64,000 bases of DNA from Auanema rhodensis (lineage: Eukaryota > Animalia > Nematoda), in assembly GCA_964057225.1 (NCBI GenBank), contig OZ059898.1, positions 16,492,001 to 16,556,000 of the forward strand. The letters are read 5' to 3'. Made by a program: the position numbers and the translations under genes. This document shows positions 10,856 through 25,800 of this stretch, piece after piece. The notes beneath the pieces were generated by a model that worked only from the letters and a program-made list of their open reading frames with translations, did not search any database and was not told the DNA's origin. Positions within the stretch are counted from its first letter, which is position 1. Each line of letters opens with the position of its first letter.

Positions 10856-13800
10856 TCTCTTTATCTTTCACGTGAAGCGAGTTACATACCAAGTGCACAT
10901 CACGTGTACATTTAATTAGCATAAATTAAAGTTCACGTAAATTTCAAAGTCATGGTTACCATGAACCAATATCAATAAAAATTTGTTTTTAGACTAATAT
11001 GGACATGGGGAATCTAATTTTCAAAACCGCATCTCTTTATCTTTCACGTGAAGCGAGTTACATACCGAGTGCACATCACGTGTACATTTAATTAGCATGA
11101 ATTAAAGTTCACGTAAATTTCAAAGTCATGGTTACCATGAACCAATATCAATAAAAATTTGTTTTTAGACTAATATGGACATGGGGAATCTAATTTTCAA
11201 AACCGCATCTCTTTATCTTTCACGTGAAGCGAGTTACATACCGAGTGCACATCACGTGTACATTTAATTAGCATAAATTAAAGTTCACGTAAATTTCAAA
11301 GTCATGGTTACCATGCACCAATATCAATAAAAATTTGTTTTTAGACTAATATGGACATGGGGAATCTAATTTTGAAAACCGCATCTCTATATCTTTCACG
11401 TGAAGCGAGTTACATACCAAGTGCACATCACGTGTACATTTAATTAGCATAAATTAAAGTTCACGTAAATTTCAAAGTCATGGTTACCATGAACCAATAT
11501 CAATAAAAATTTGTTTTTAGACTAATATGGACATGGGGAATCTAATTTTGAAAACCGCATCTCTATATCTTTCACGTGAAGCGAGTTACATACCAAGTGC
11601 ACATCACGTGTACATTTAATTAGCATGAATTAAAGTTCACGTAAATTTCAAAGTCATGGTTACCATGAACCAATATCAATAAAAATTTGTTTTTAGACTA
11701 ATATGGACATGGGGAATCTAATTTTCAAAACCGCATCTCTTTATCTTTCACGTGAAGTGAGTTACATACCTAGTGCACATCACGTGTACATTTAATTAGC
11801 ATGAATTAAAGTTCACGTAAATTTCAAAGTCATGGTTACCATGAACCAATATCAATAAAAATTTGTTTTTAGACTAATATGGACATGGGGAATCTAATTT
11901 TAAAAACCGCATCTCTTTATCTTTCACGTGAAGCGAGTTACATACCGAGTGCACATCACGTGTACATTTAATTAGCATAAATTAAAGTTCACGTAAATTT
12001 CAAAGTCATGGTTACCATGCACCAATATCAATAAAAATTTGTTTTTAGACTAATATGGACATGGGGAATCTAATTTTGAAAACCGCATCTCTATATCTTT
12101 CACGTGAAGCGAGTTACATACCAAGTGCACATCACGTGTACATTTAATTAGCATGAATTAAAGTTCACGTAAATTTCAAAGTCATGGTTACCATGCACCA
12201 ATATCAATAAAAATTTGTTTTTAGACTAATATGGACATGGGGAATCTAATTTTGAAAACCGCATCTCTATATCTTTCACGTGAAGCGAGTTACATACCAA
12301 GTGCACATCACGTGTACATTTAATTAGCATAAATTAAAGTTCACGTAAATTTCAAAGTCATGGTTACCATGCACCAATATCAATAAAAATTTGTTTTTAG
12401 ACTAATATGGACATGGGGAATCTAATTTTGAAAACCGCATCTCTATATCTTTCACGTGAAGCGAGTTACATACCAAGTGCACATCACGTGTACATTTAAT
12501 TAGCATGAATTAAAGTTCACGTAAATTTCAAAGTCATGGTTACCATGAACCAATATCAATAAAAATTTGTTTTTAGACTAATATGGACATGGGGAATCTA
12601 ATTTTGAAACCCGCATCTCTTTATCTTTCACGTGAAGCGAGTTACATACCAAGTGCACATCACGTGTACATTTAATTAGCATAAATTAAAGTTCACGTAA
12701 ATTTCAAAGTCATGGTTACCATGCACCAATATCAATAAAAATTTGTTTTTAGACTAATATGGACATGGGGAATCTAATTTAGAAAACCGCATCTCTTTAT
12801 CTTTCACGTGAAGCGAGTTACATACCAAGTGCACATCACGTGTACATTTAATTAGCATAAATTAAAGTTCACGTAAATTTCAAAGTCATGGTTACCATGC
12901 ACCAATATCAATAAAAATTTGTTTTTAGACTAATATGGACATGGGGAATCTAATTTTGAAAACCGCATCTCTTTATCTTTCACGTGAAGCGAGTTACATA
13001 CCAAGTGCACATCACGTGTACATTTAATTAGCATAAATTAAAGTTCACGTAAATTTCAAAGTCATGGTTACCATGCACCAATATCAATAAAAATTTGTTT
13101 TTAGACTAATATGGACATGGGGAATCTAATTTAGAAAACCGCATCTCTTTATCTTTCACGTGAAGCGAGTTACATACCAAGTGCACATCACGTGTACATT
13201 TAATTAGCATAAATTAAAGTTCACGTAAATTTCAAAGTCATGGTTACCATGCACCAATATCAATAAAAATTTGTTTTTAGACTAATATGGACATGGGGAA
13301 TCTAATTTTGAAAACCGCATCTCTTTATCTTTCACGTGAAGCGAGTTACATACCAAGTGCACATCACGTGTACATTTAATTAGCATAAATTAAAGTTCAC
13401 GTAAATTTCAAAGACATGGTTACCATGAACCAATATCAATAAAAATTTGTTTTTAGACTAATATGGACATGGGGAATCTAATTGTGAAAACCGCATCTCT
13501 TTATCTTTCACGTGAAGCGAGTTACATACGAAGTGCACATCACGTGTACATTTAATTAGCATAAATTAAAGTTCACGTAAATTTCAAAGTCATGGTTACC
13601 ATGAACCAATATCAATAAAAATTTGTTTTTAGACTAATATGGACATGGGGAATCTAATTTTGAAAACCGCATCTCTTTATCTTTCACGTGAAGCGAGTTA
13701 CATACCAAGTGCACATCACGTGTACATTTAATTAGCATAAATTAAAGTTCACGTAAATTTCAAAGTCATGGTTACCATGAACCAATATCAATAAAAATTT

Positions 13801-16800
13801 GTTTTTAGACTAATATGGACATGGGGAATCTAATTTTGAAAACCGCATCTCTTTATCTTTCACGTGAAGCGAGTTACATACCAAGTGCACATCACGTGTA
13901 CATTTAATTAGCATAAATTAAAGTTCACGTAAATTTCAAAGACATGGTTACCATGAACCAATATCAATAAAAATTTGTTTTTAGACTAATATGGACCTGA
14001 GGAATCTAATTGTGAAAACCGCATCTCTTTATCTTTCACGTGAAGCGAGTTACATACCAAGTGCACATCACGTGTACATTTAATTAGCATAAATTAAAGT
14101 TCACGTAAATTTCAAAGACATGGTTACCATGAACCAATATCAATAAAAATTTGTTTTTAGACTAATATGGACATGGGGAATCTAATTGTGAAAACCGCAT
14201 CTCTTTATCTTTCACGTGAAGCGAGTTACATACCAAGTGCACATCACGTGTACATTTAATTAGCATAAATTAAAGTTCACGTAAATTTCAAAGTCATGGT
14301 TACCATGAACCAATATCAATAAAAATTTGTTTTTAGACTAATATGGACCTGAGGAATCTAATTGTGAAAACCGCATCTCTTTATCTTTCACGTGAAGCGA
14401 GTTACATACCAAGTGCACATCACGTGTACATTTAATTAGCATAAATTAAAGTTCACGTAAATTTCAAAGTCATGGTTACCATGAACCAATATCAATAAAA
14501 ATTTGTTTTTAGACTAATATGGACATGGGGAATCTAATTTTGAAAACCGCATCTCTTTATCTTTCACGTGAAGCGAGTTACATACCGAGTGCACATCACG
14601 TGTACATTTAATTAGCATAAATTAAAGTTCACGTAAATTTCAAAGTCATGGTTACCATGAACCAATATCAATAAAAATTTGTTTTTAGACTAATATGGAC
14701 ATGGGGAATCTAATTTTGAAAACCGCATCTTTTTATCTTTCACGTGAAGCGAGTTACATACCAAGTGCACATCACGTGTACATTTAATTAGCATTAATTA
14801 AAGTTCACGTAAATTTCAAAGTCATGGTTACCATGCACCAATATCAATAAAAATTTGTTTTTAGACTAATATGGACATGGGGAATCTAATTTTGAAAACC
14901 GCATCTCTTTATCTTTCACGTGAAGCGAGTTACATACCAAGTGCACATCACGTGTACATTTAATTAGCATAAATTGAAGTTCACGTAAATTTCAAAGTCA
15001 TGGTTACCATGAACCAATATCAATGAAAATTTGTTTTTAGACTAATATGGACATGGGGAATCTAATTTTGAAAACCGCATCTTTTTATCTTTCACGTGAA
15101 GCGAGTTACATACCAAGTGCACATCACGTGTACATTTAATTAGCATTAATTAAAGTTCACGTAAATTTCAAAGTCATGGTTACCATGCACCAATATCAAT
15201 AAAAATTTGTTTTTAGACTAATATGGACATGGGGAATCTAATTTTGAAAACCGCATCTCTTTATCTTTCACGTGAAGCGAGTTACATACCAAGTGCACAT
15301 CACGTGTACATTTAATTAGCATAAATTAAAGTTCACGTAAATTTCAAAGACATGGTTACCATGAACCAATATCAATACAAATTTGTTTTTAGACTAATAT
15401 GGACATGGGGAATCTAATTTTGAAAACCGCATCTCTTTATCTTTCACGTGAAGCGAGTTACATACCAAGTGCACATCACGTGTACATTTAATTAGCATAA
15501 ATTAAAGTTCACTTAAATATCAAAGTCATGGTTACCATGAACCAATATCAATAAAAATTTGTTTTTAGACTAATATGGACATGGGGAATCTAATTTTGAA
15601 AACCGCATCTCTTTATCTCTCACGTGAAGCGAGTTACATACCGAGTGCACATCACGTGTACATTTAATTAGCATAAATTAAAGTTCACTTAAATATCAAA
15701 GTCATGGTTACCATGAACCAATATCAATAAAAATTTGTTTTTAGACTAATATGGACATGGGGAATCTAATTTTGAAAACCGCATCTTTTTATCTTTCACG
15801 TGAAGCGAGTTACATACCAAGTGCACATCACGTGTACATTTAATTAGCATAAATTAAAGTTCACGTAAATTTCAAAGTCATGGTTACCATGCACCAATAT
15901 CAATAAAAATTTGTTTTTAGACTAATATGGACATGGGGAATCTAATTTTGAAAACCGCATCTCTTTATCTTTCACGTGAAGCGAGTTACAGACCGAGTGC
16001 ACATCACGTGTACATTTAATTAGCATAAATTAAAGTTCACGTAAATTTCAAAGTCATGGTTACCATGAACCAATATCAATAAAAATTTGTTTTTAGACTA
16101 ATATGGACATGGGGAATCTAATTTTGAAAACCGCATCTCTTTATCTTTCACGTGAAGCGAGTTACATACCAAGTGCACATCACGTGTACATTTAATTAGC
16201 ATAAATTAAAGTTCACGTAAATTTCAAAGACATGGTTACCATGAACCAATATCAATAAAAATTTGTTTTTAGACTAATATGGACATGGGGAATCTAATTG
16301 TGAAAACCGCATCTCTTTATCTTTCACGTGAAGCGAGTTACATACCAAGTGCACATCACGTGTACATTTAATTAGCATAAATTAAAGTTCACGTAAATTT
16401 CAAAGTCATGGTTACCATGAACCAATATCAATAAAAATTTGTTTTTAGACTAATATGGACATGAGGAATCTAATTGTGAAAACCGCATCTCTTTATCTTT
16501 CACGTGAAGCGAGTTACATACCAAGTGCACATCACGTGTACATTTAATTAGCATAAATTAAAGTTCACGTAAATTTCAAAGTCATGGTTACCATGAACCA
16601 ATATCAATAAAAATTTGTTTTTAGACTAATATGGACATGGGGAATCTAATTTTGAAAACCGCATCTCTTTATCTTTCACGTGAAGCGAGTTACATACCAA
16701 GTGCACATCACGTGTACATTTAATTAGCATAAATTAAAGTTCACTTAAATATCAAAGTCATGGTTACCATGAACCAATATCAATAAAAATTTGTTTTTAG

Positions 16801-19800
16801 ACTAATATGGACATGGGGAATCTAATTTTGAAAACCGCATCTCTTTATCTCTCACGTGAAGCGAGTTACATACCGAGTGCACATCACGTGTACATTTAAT
16901 TAGCATAAATTAAAGTTCACGTAAATTTCAAAGTCATGGTTACCATGAACCAATATCAATAAAAATTTGTTTTTAGACTAATATGGACATGGGGAATCTA
17001 ATTTTGAAAACCGCATCTCTTTATCTTTCACGTGAAGCGAGTTACATACCAAGTGCACATCACGTGTACATTTAATTAGCATAACTTAAAGTTCACGTAA
17101 ATTTCAAAGTTATGGTTACCATGCACCAATATCAATAAAAATTTGTTTTTAGACTAATATGGACATGGGGAATCTAATTTTGAAAACCGCATCTCTTTAT
17201 CTTTCACGTGAAGCGAGTTACATACCAAGTGCACATCACGTGTACATTTAATTAGCATAAATTGAAGTTCACGTAAATTTCAAAGTCATGGTTACCATGA
17301 ACCAATATCAATGAAAATTTGTTTTTAGACTAATATGGACATGGGGAATCTAATTTTGAAAACCGCATCTTTTTATCTTTCACGTGAAGCGAGTTACATA
17401 CCAAGTGCACATCACGTGTACATTTAATTAGCATTAATTAAAGTTCACGTAAATTTCAAAGTCATGGTTACCATGCACCAATATCAATAAAAATTTGTTT
17501 TTAGACTAATATGGACATGGGGAATCTAATTTTGAAAACCGCATCTCTTTATCTTTCACGTGAAGCGAGTTACATACCAAGTGCACATCACGTGTACATT
17601 TAATTAGCATAAATTAAAGTTCACGTAAATTTCAAAGACATGGTTACCATGAACCAATATCAATAAAAATTTGTTTTTAGACTAATATGGACATGGGGAA
17701 TCTAATTGTGAAAACCGCATCTCTTTATCTTTCACGTGAAGCGAGTTACATACCAAGTGCACATCACGTGTACATTTAATTAGCATAAATTAAAGTTCAC
17801 GTAAATTTCAAAGTCATGGTTACCATGAACCAATATCAATAAAAATTTGTTTTTAGACTAATATGGACATGGGGAATCTAATTTTGAAAACCGCATCTCT
17901 TTATCTTTCACGTGAAGCAAGTTACATACCAAGTGCACATCACGTGTACATTTAATTAGCATAAATTAAAGTTCACGTAAATTTCAAAGTCATGGTTACC
18001 ATGAACCAATATCAATAAAAATTTGTTTTTAGACTAATATGGACATGGGGAATCTAATTTTGAAAACCGCATCTCTTTATCTTTCACGTGAAGCGAGTTA
18101 CATACCAAGTGCACATCACGTGTACATTTAATTAGCATAAATTAAAGTTCACGTAAATTTCAAAGTCATGGTTACCATGAACCAATATCAATAAAAATTT
18201 GTTTTTAGACTAATATGGACATGGGGAATCTAATTTTGAAAACCGCATCTCTTTATCTCTCACGTGAAGCGAGTTACATACCGAGTGCACATCACGTGTA
18301 CATTTAATTAGCATAAATTAAAGTTCACGTAAATTTCAAAGTCATGGTTACCATGAACCAATATCAATAAAAATTTGTTTTTAGACTAATATGGACATGG
18401 GGAATCTAATTTTGAAAACCGCATCTCTTTATCTTTCACGTGAAGCGAGTTACATACCAAGTGCACATCACGTGTACATTTAATTAGCATAAATTAAAGT
18501 TCACTTAAATATCAAAGTCATGGTTACCATGAACCAATATCAATAAAAATTTGTTTTTAGACTAATATGGACATGGGGAATATAATTTTGAAAACCGCAT
18601 CTCTTTATCTCTCACGTGAAGCGAGTTACATACCGAGTGCACATCACGTGTACATTTAATTAGCATAATTAAAGTTCACGTAAATTTCAAAGTCATGGTT
18701 ACCATGAACCAATATCAATAAAAATTTGTTTTTAGACTAATATGGACATGGGGAATCTAATTTTGAAAACCGCATCTCTTTATCTTTCACGTGAAGCGAG
18801 TTACATACCAAGTGCACATCACGTGTACATTTAATTAGCATAAATTGAAGTTCACGTAAATTTCAAAGTCATGGTTACCATGAACCAATATCAATGAAAA
18901 TTTGTTTTTAGACTAATATGGACATGGGGAATCTAATTTTGAAAACCGCATCTTTTTATCTTTCACGTGAAGCGAGTTACATACCAAGTGCACATCACGT
19001 GTACATTTAATTAGCATTAATTAAAGTTCACGTAAATTTCAAAGTCATGGTTACCATGCACCAATATCAATAAAAATTTGTTTTTAGACTAATATGGACA
19101 TGGGGAATCTAATTTTGAAAACCGCATCTCTTTATCTTTCACGTGAAGCGAGTTACATACCAAGTGCACATCACGTGTACATTTAATTAGCATAAATTAA
19201 AGTTCACGTAAATTTCAAAGACATGGTTACCATGAACCAATATCAATAAAAATTTGTTTTTAGACTAATATGGACATGGGGAATCTAATTTTGAAAACCG
19301 CATCTCTTTATCTTTCACGTGAAGCGAGTTACATACCAAGTGCACATCACCTGTACATTTAATTAGCATAAATTAAAGTTCACTTAAATATCAAAGTCAT
19401 GGTTACCATGAACCAATATCAATAAAAATTTGTTTTTAGACTAATATGGACATGGGGAATCTAATTTTGAAAACCGCATCTCTTTATCTCTCACGTGAAG
19501 CGAGTTACATACCGAGTGCACATCACGTGTACATTTAATTAGCATAAATTAAAGTTCACGTAAATTTCAAAGTCATGGTTACCATGAACCAATATCAATA
19601 AAAATTTGTTTTTAGACTAATATGGACATGGGGAATCTAATTTTGAAAACCGCATCTCTTTATCTTTCACGTGAAGCGAGTTACATACCAAGTGCACATC
19701 ACGTGTACATTTAATTAGCATAAATTGAAGTTCACGTAAATTTCAAAGTCATGGTTACCATGAACCAATATCAATGAAAATTTGTTTTTAGACTAATATG

Positions 19801-22800
19801 GACATGGGGAATCTAATTTTGAAAACCGCATCTTTTTATCTTTCACGTGAAGCGAGTTACATACCAAGTGCACATCACGTGTACATTTAATTAGCATTAA
19901 TTAAAGTTCACGTAAATTTCAAAGTCATGGTTACCATGCACCAATATCAATAAAAATTTGTTTTTAGACTAATATGGACATGGGGAATCTAATTTTGAAA
20001 ACCGCATCTCTTTATCTTTCACGTGAAGCGAGTTACATACCAAGTGCACATCACGTGTACATTTAATTAGCATAAATTAAAGTTCACGTAAATTTCAAAG
20101 ACATGGTTACCATGAACCAATATCAATAAAAATTTGTTTTTAGACTAATATGGACATGGGGAATCTAATTGTGAAAACCGCATCTCTTTATCTTTCACGT
20201 GAAGCGAGTTACATACCAAGTGCACATCACGTGTACATTTAATTAGCATAAATTAAAGTTCACGTAAATTTCAAAGTCATGGTTACCATGAACCAATATC
20301 AATAAAAATTTGTTTTTAGACTAATATGGACATGGGGAATCTAATTTTGAAAACCGCATCTCTTTATCTTTCACGTGAAGCGAGTTACATACCAAGTGCA
20401 CATCACGTGTACATTTAATTAGCATAAATTAAAGTTCACGTAAATTTCAAAGTCATGGTTACCATGAACCAATATCAATAAAAATTTGTTTTTAGACTAA
20501 TATGGACATGGGGAATCTAATTTTGAAAACCGCATCTCTTTATCTTTCACGTGAAGCGAGTTACATACCAAGTGCACATCACGTGTACATTTAATTAGCA
20601 TAAATTAAAGTTCACGTAAATTTCAAAGACATGGTTACCATGAACCAATATCAATAAAAATTTGTTTTTAGACTAATATGGACATGGGGAATCTAATTGT
20701 GAAAACCGCATCTCTTTATCTTTCACGTGAAGCGAGTTACATACCAAGTGCACATCACGTGTACATTTAATTAGCATAAATTAAAGTTCACGTAAATTTC
20801 AAAGTCATGGTTACCATGAACCAATATCAATAAAAATTTGTTTTTAGACTAATATGGACATGAGGAATCTAATTGTGAAAACCGCATCTCTTTATCTTTC
20901 ACGTGAAGCGAGTTACATACCAAGTGCACATCACGTGTACATTTAATTAGCATAAATTAAAGTTCACGTAAATTTCAAAGTCATGGTTACCATGAACCAA
21001 TATCAATAAAAATTTGTTTTTAGACTAATATGGACATGGGGAATCTAATTTTGAAAACCGCATCTCTTTATCTTTCACGTGAAGCGAGTTACATACCAAG
21101 TGCACATCACGTGTACATTTAATTAGCATAAATTAAAGTTCACGTAAATTTCAAAGTCATGGTTACCATGAACCAATATCAATAAAAATTTGTTTTTAGA
21201 CTAATATGGACATGAGGAATCTAATTGTGAAAACCGCATCTCTTTATCTTTCACGTGAAGCGAGTTACATACCAAGTGCACATCACGTGTACATTTAATT
21301 AGCATAAATTAAAGTTCACGTAAATTTCAAAGTCATGGTTACCATGAACTAATATCAATAAAAATTTGTTTTTAGACTAATATGGACATGGGGAATCTAA
21401 TTTTGAAAACCGCATCTCTTTATCTTTCACGTGAAGCGAGTTACATACCAAGTGCACATCGCGTGTACATTTAATTAGCATAAATTAAAGTTCACTTAAA
21501 TATCAAAGTCATGGTTACCATGAACCAATATCAATAAAAATTTGTTTTTAGACTAATATGGACATGGGGAATCTAATTTTGAAAACCGCATCTCTTTATC
21601 TCTCACGTGAAGCGAGTTACATACCGAGTGCACATCACGTGTACATTTAATTAGCATAAATTAAAGTTCACGTAAATTTCAAAGTCATGGTTACCATGAA
21701 CCAATATCAATAAAAATTTGTTTTTAGACTAATATGGACATGGGGAATCTAATTTTGAAAACCGCATCTCTTTATCTTTCACGTGAAGCGAGTTACATAC
21801 CAAGTGCACATCACGTGTACATTTAATTAGCATAACTTAAAGTTCACGTAAATTTCAAAGTCATGGTTACCATGCACCAATATCAATAAAAATTTGTTTT
21901 TAGACTAATATGGACATGGGGAATCTAATTTTGAAAACCGCATCTCTTTATCTATCACGTGAAGCGAGTTACATACCAAGTGCACATCACGTGTACATTT
22001 AATTAGCATAAATTAAAGTTCACGTAAATTTCAAAGTCATGGTTACCATGAACCAATATCAATAAAAATTTGTTTTTAGACTAATATGGACATGGGGAAT
22101 CTAATTGTGAAAACCGCATCTCTTTATCTTTCACGTGAAGCGAGTTACATACCAAGTGCACATCACGTGTACATTTAATTAGCATAAATTAAAGTTCACG
22201 TAAATTTCAAAGTCATGGTTACCATGAACCAATATCAATAAAAATTTGTTTTTAGACTAATATGGACATGGGGAATCTAATTTTGAAAACCGCATCTCTT
22301 TATCTTTCACGTGAAGCGAGTTACATACCAAGTGCACATCACGTGTACATTTAATTAGCATAAATTAAAGTTCACGTAAATTTCAAAGTCATGGTTACCA
22401 TGAACCAATATCAATAAAAATTTGTTTTTAGACTAATATGGACATGGGGAATCTAATTTTGAAAACCGCATCTCTTTATCTTTCACGTGAAGCGAGTTAC
22501 ATACCAAGTGCACATCACGTGTACATTTAATTAGCATAAATTAAAGTTCACGTAAATTTCAAAGACATGGTTACCATGAACCAATATCAATAAAAATTTG
22601 TTTTTAGACTAATATGGACATGAGGAATCTAATTGTGAAAACCGCATCTCTTTATCTTTCACGTGAAGCGAGTTACATACCAAGTGCACATCACGTGTAC
22701 ATTTAATTAGCATAAATTAAAGTTCACGTAAATTTCAAAGTCATGGTTACCATGCACCAATATCAATAAAAATTTGTTTTTAGACTAATATGGACATGGG

Positions 22801-25800
22801 GAATCTAATTTTGAAAACCGCATCTCTTTATCTTTCACGTGAAGCGAGTTACATACCAAGTGCACATCACGTGTACATTTAATTAGCATAAATTAAAGTT
22901 CACGTAAATTTCAAAGTCATGGTTACCATGCACCAATATCAATAAAAATTTGTTTTTAGACTAATATGGACATGGGGAATCTAATTTTGAAAACCGCATC
23001 TCTTTATCTTTCACGTGAAGCGAGTTACATACCAAGTGCACATCACGTGTACATTTAATTAGCATAAATTAAAGTTCACGTAAATTTCAAAGACATGGTT
23101 ACCATGAACCAATATCAATAAAAATTTGTTTTTAGACTAATATGGACATGGTGAATCTAATTTTGAAAACCGCATCTCTTTATCTTTCACGTGAAGTGAG
23201 TTACATACCTAGTGCACATCACGTGTACATTTAATTAGCATGAATTAAAGTTCACATAAATTTCAAAGTCATGGTTACCATGAACCAATATCAATAAAAA
23301 TTTGTTTTTAGACTAATATGGACATGGGGAATCTAATTTTGAAAACCGCATCTCTTTATCTTTCACGTGAAGCGAGTTACATACCAAGTGCACATCACGT
23401 GTACATTTAATTAGCATAAATTAAAGTTCACGTAAATTTCAAAGACATGGTTACCATGAACCAATATCAATTAAAATTTGTTTTTAGACTAATATGGACA
23501 TGGGGAATCTAATTGTGAAAACCGCATCTCTTTATCTTTCACGTGAAGCGAGTTACATACCAAGTGCACATCACGTGTACATTTAATTAGCATAAATTAA
23601 AGTTCACGTAAATTTCAAAGTCATGGTTACCATGAACCAATATCAATAAAAATTTGTTTTTTGACTAATATGGACATGGGGAATCTAATTTTGAAAACCG
23701 CATCTCTTTATCTTTCACGTGAAGCGAGTTACATACCAAGTGCACATCACGTGTACATTTAATTAGCATAAATTAAAGTTCACGTAAATTTCAAAGACAT
23801 GGTTACCATGAACCAATATCAATAAAAATTTGTTTTTAGACTAATATGGACATGGGGAATCTAATTTTGAAAACCGCATCTCTTTATCTTTCACGTGAAG
23901 TGAGTTACATACCTAGTGCACATCACGTGTACATTTAATTAGCATAAATTAAAGTTCACGTAAATTTCAAAGTCATGGTTACCATGAACCAATATCAATA
24001 AAAATTTGTTTTTAGACTAATATGGACATGGGGAATCTAATTTTAAAAACCGCATCTCTTTATCTTTCACGTGAAGCGAGTTACATACCAAGTGCACATC
24101 ACGTGTACATTTAATTAGCATAAATTAAAGTTCACGTAAATTTCAAAGTCATGGTTACCATGAACCAATATCAATAAAAATTTGTTTTTAGACTAATATG
24201 GACATGGGGAATCTAATTTTGAAAACCGCATCTCTTTATCTTTCACGTGAAGCGAGTTACATACCAAGTGCACATCACGTGTACATTTAATTAGCATAAA
24301 TTAAAGTTCACGTAAATTTCAAAGTCATGGTTACCATGCACCAATATCAATAAAAATTTGTTTTTAGACTAATATGGACATGGGGAATCAAATTTTGAAA
24401 ACCGCATCTCTTTATCTTTCACGTGAAGCGAGTTACATACCAAGTGCACATCACGTGTACATTTAATTAGCATAAATTAAAGTTCACTTAAATATCAAAG
24501 TCATGGTTACCATGAACCAATATCAATAAAAATTTGTTTTTAGACTAATATGGACATGGGGAATCTAATTTTGAAAACCGCATCTCTTTATCTCTCACGT
24601 GAAGCGAGTTACATACCAAGTGCACATCACGTGTACATTTAATTAGCATAAATTAAAGTTCACGTAAATTTCAAAGACATGGTTACCATGAACCAATATC
24701 AATAAAAATTTGTTTTTAGACTAATATGGACATGGGGAATCTAATTGTGAAAACCGCATCTCTTTATCTTTCACGTGAAGCGAGTTACATACCAAGTGCA
24801 CATCACGTGTACATTTAATTAGCATAAATTAAAGTTCACGTAAATTTCAAAGTCATGGTTACCATGAACCAATATCAATAAAAATTTGTTTTTAGACTAA
24901 TATGGACATGGGGAATCTAATTTTGAAAACCGCATCTCTTTATCTTTCACGTGAAGCGAGTTACATACCAAGTGCACATCACGTGTACATTTAATTAGCA
25001 TAAATTAAAGTTCACGTAAATTTCAAAGTCATGGTTACCATGAACCAATATCAATAAAAATTTGTTTTTAGACTAATATGGACATGGGGAATCTAATTTT
25101 GAAAACCGCATCTCTTTATCTTTCACGTGAAGCGAGTTACATACCAAGTGCACATCACGTGTACATTTAATTAGCATAAATTAAAGTTCACGTAAATTTC
25201 AAAGACATGGTTACCATGAACCAATATCAATAAAAATTTGTTTTTAGACTAATATGGACATGGGGAATCTAATTGTGAAAACCGCATCTCTTTATCTTTC
25301 ACGTGAAGCGAGTTACATACCAAGTGCACATCACGTGTACATTTAATTAGCATAAATTAAAGTTCACGTAAATTTCAAAGTCATGGTTACCATGAACCAA
25401 TATCAATAAAAATTTGTTTTTAGACTAATATGGACATGAGGAATCTAATTGTGAAAACCGCATCTCTTTATCTTTCACGTGAAGCGAGTTACATACCAAG
25501 TGCACATCACGTGTACATTTAATTAGCATAAATTAAAGTTCACGTAAATTTCAAAGTCATGGTTACCATGAACCAATATCAATAAAAATTTGTTTTTAGA
25601 CTAATATGGACATGGGGAATCTAATTTTGAAAACCGCATCTCTTTATCTTTCACGTGAAGCGAGTTACATACCAAGTGCACATCACGTGTACATTTAATT
25701 AGCATAAATTAAAGTTCACGTAAATTTCAAAGTCATGGTTACCATGAACCAATATCAATAAAAATTTGTTTTTAGACTAATATGGACATGAGGAATCTAA

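Noticed and set aside
10865-10910. Yeast CDEI-like (RTCACRTG) point-centromere element
   Set aside because: The word is present, but there is no CDEII/CDEIII organisation and the genes are metazoan; kept only as an E-box observation.
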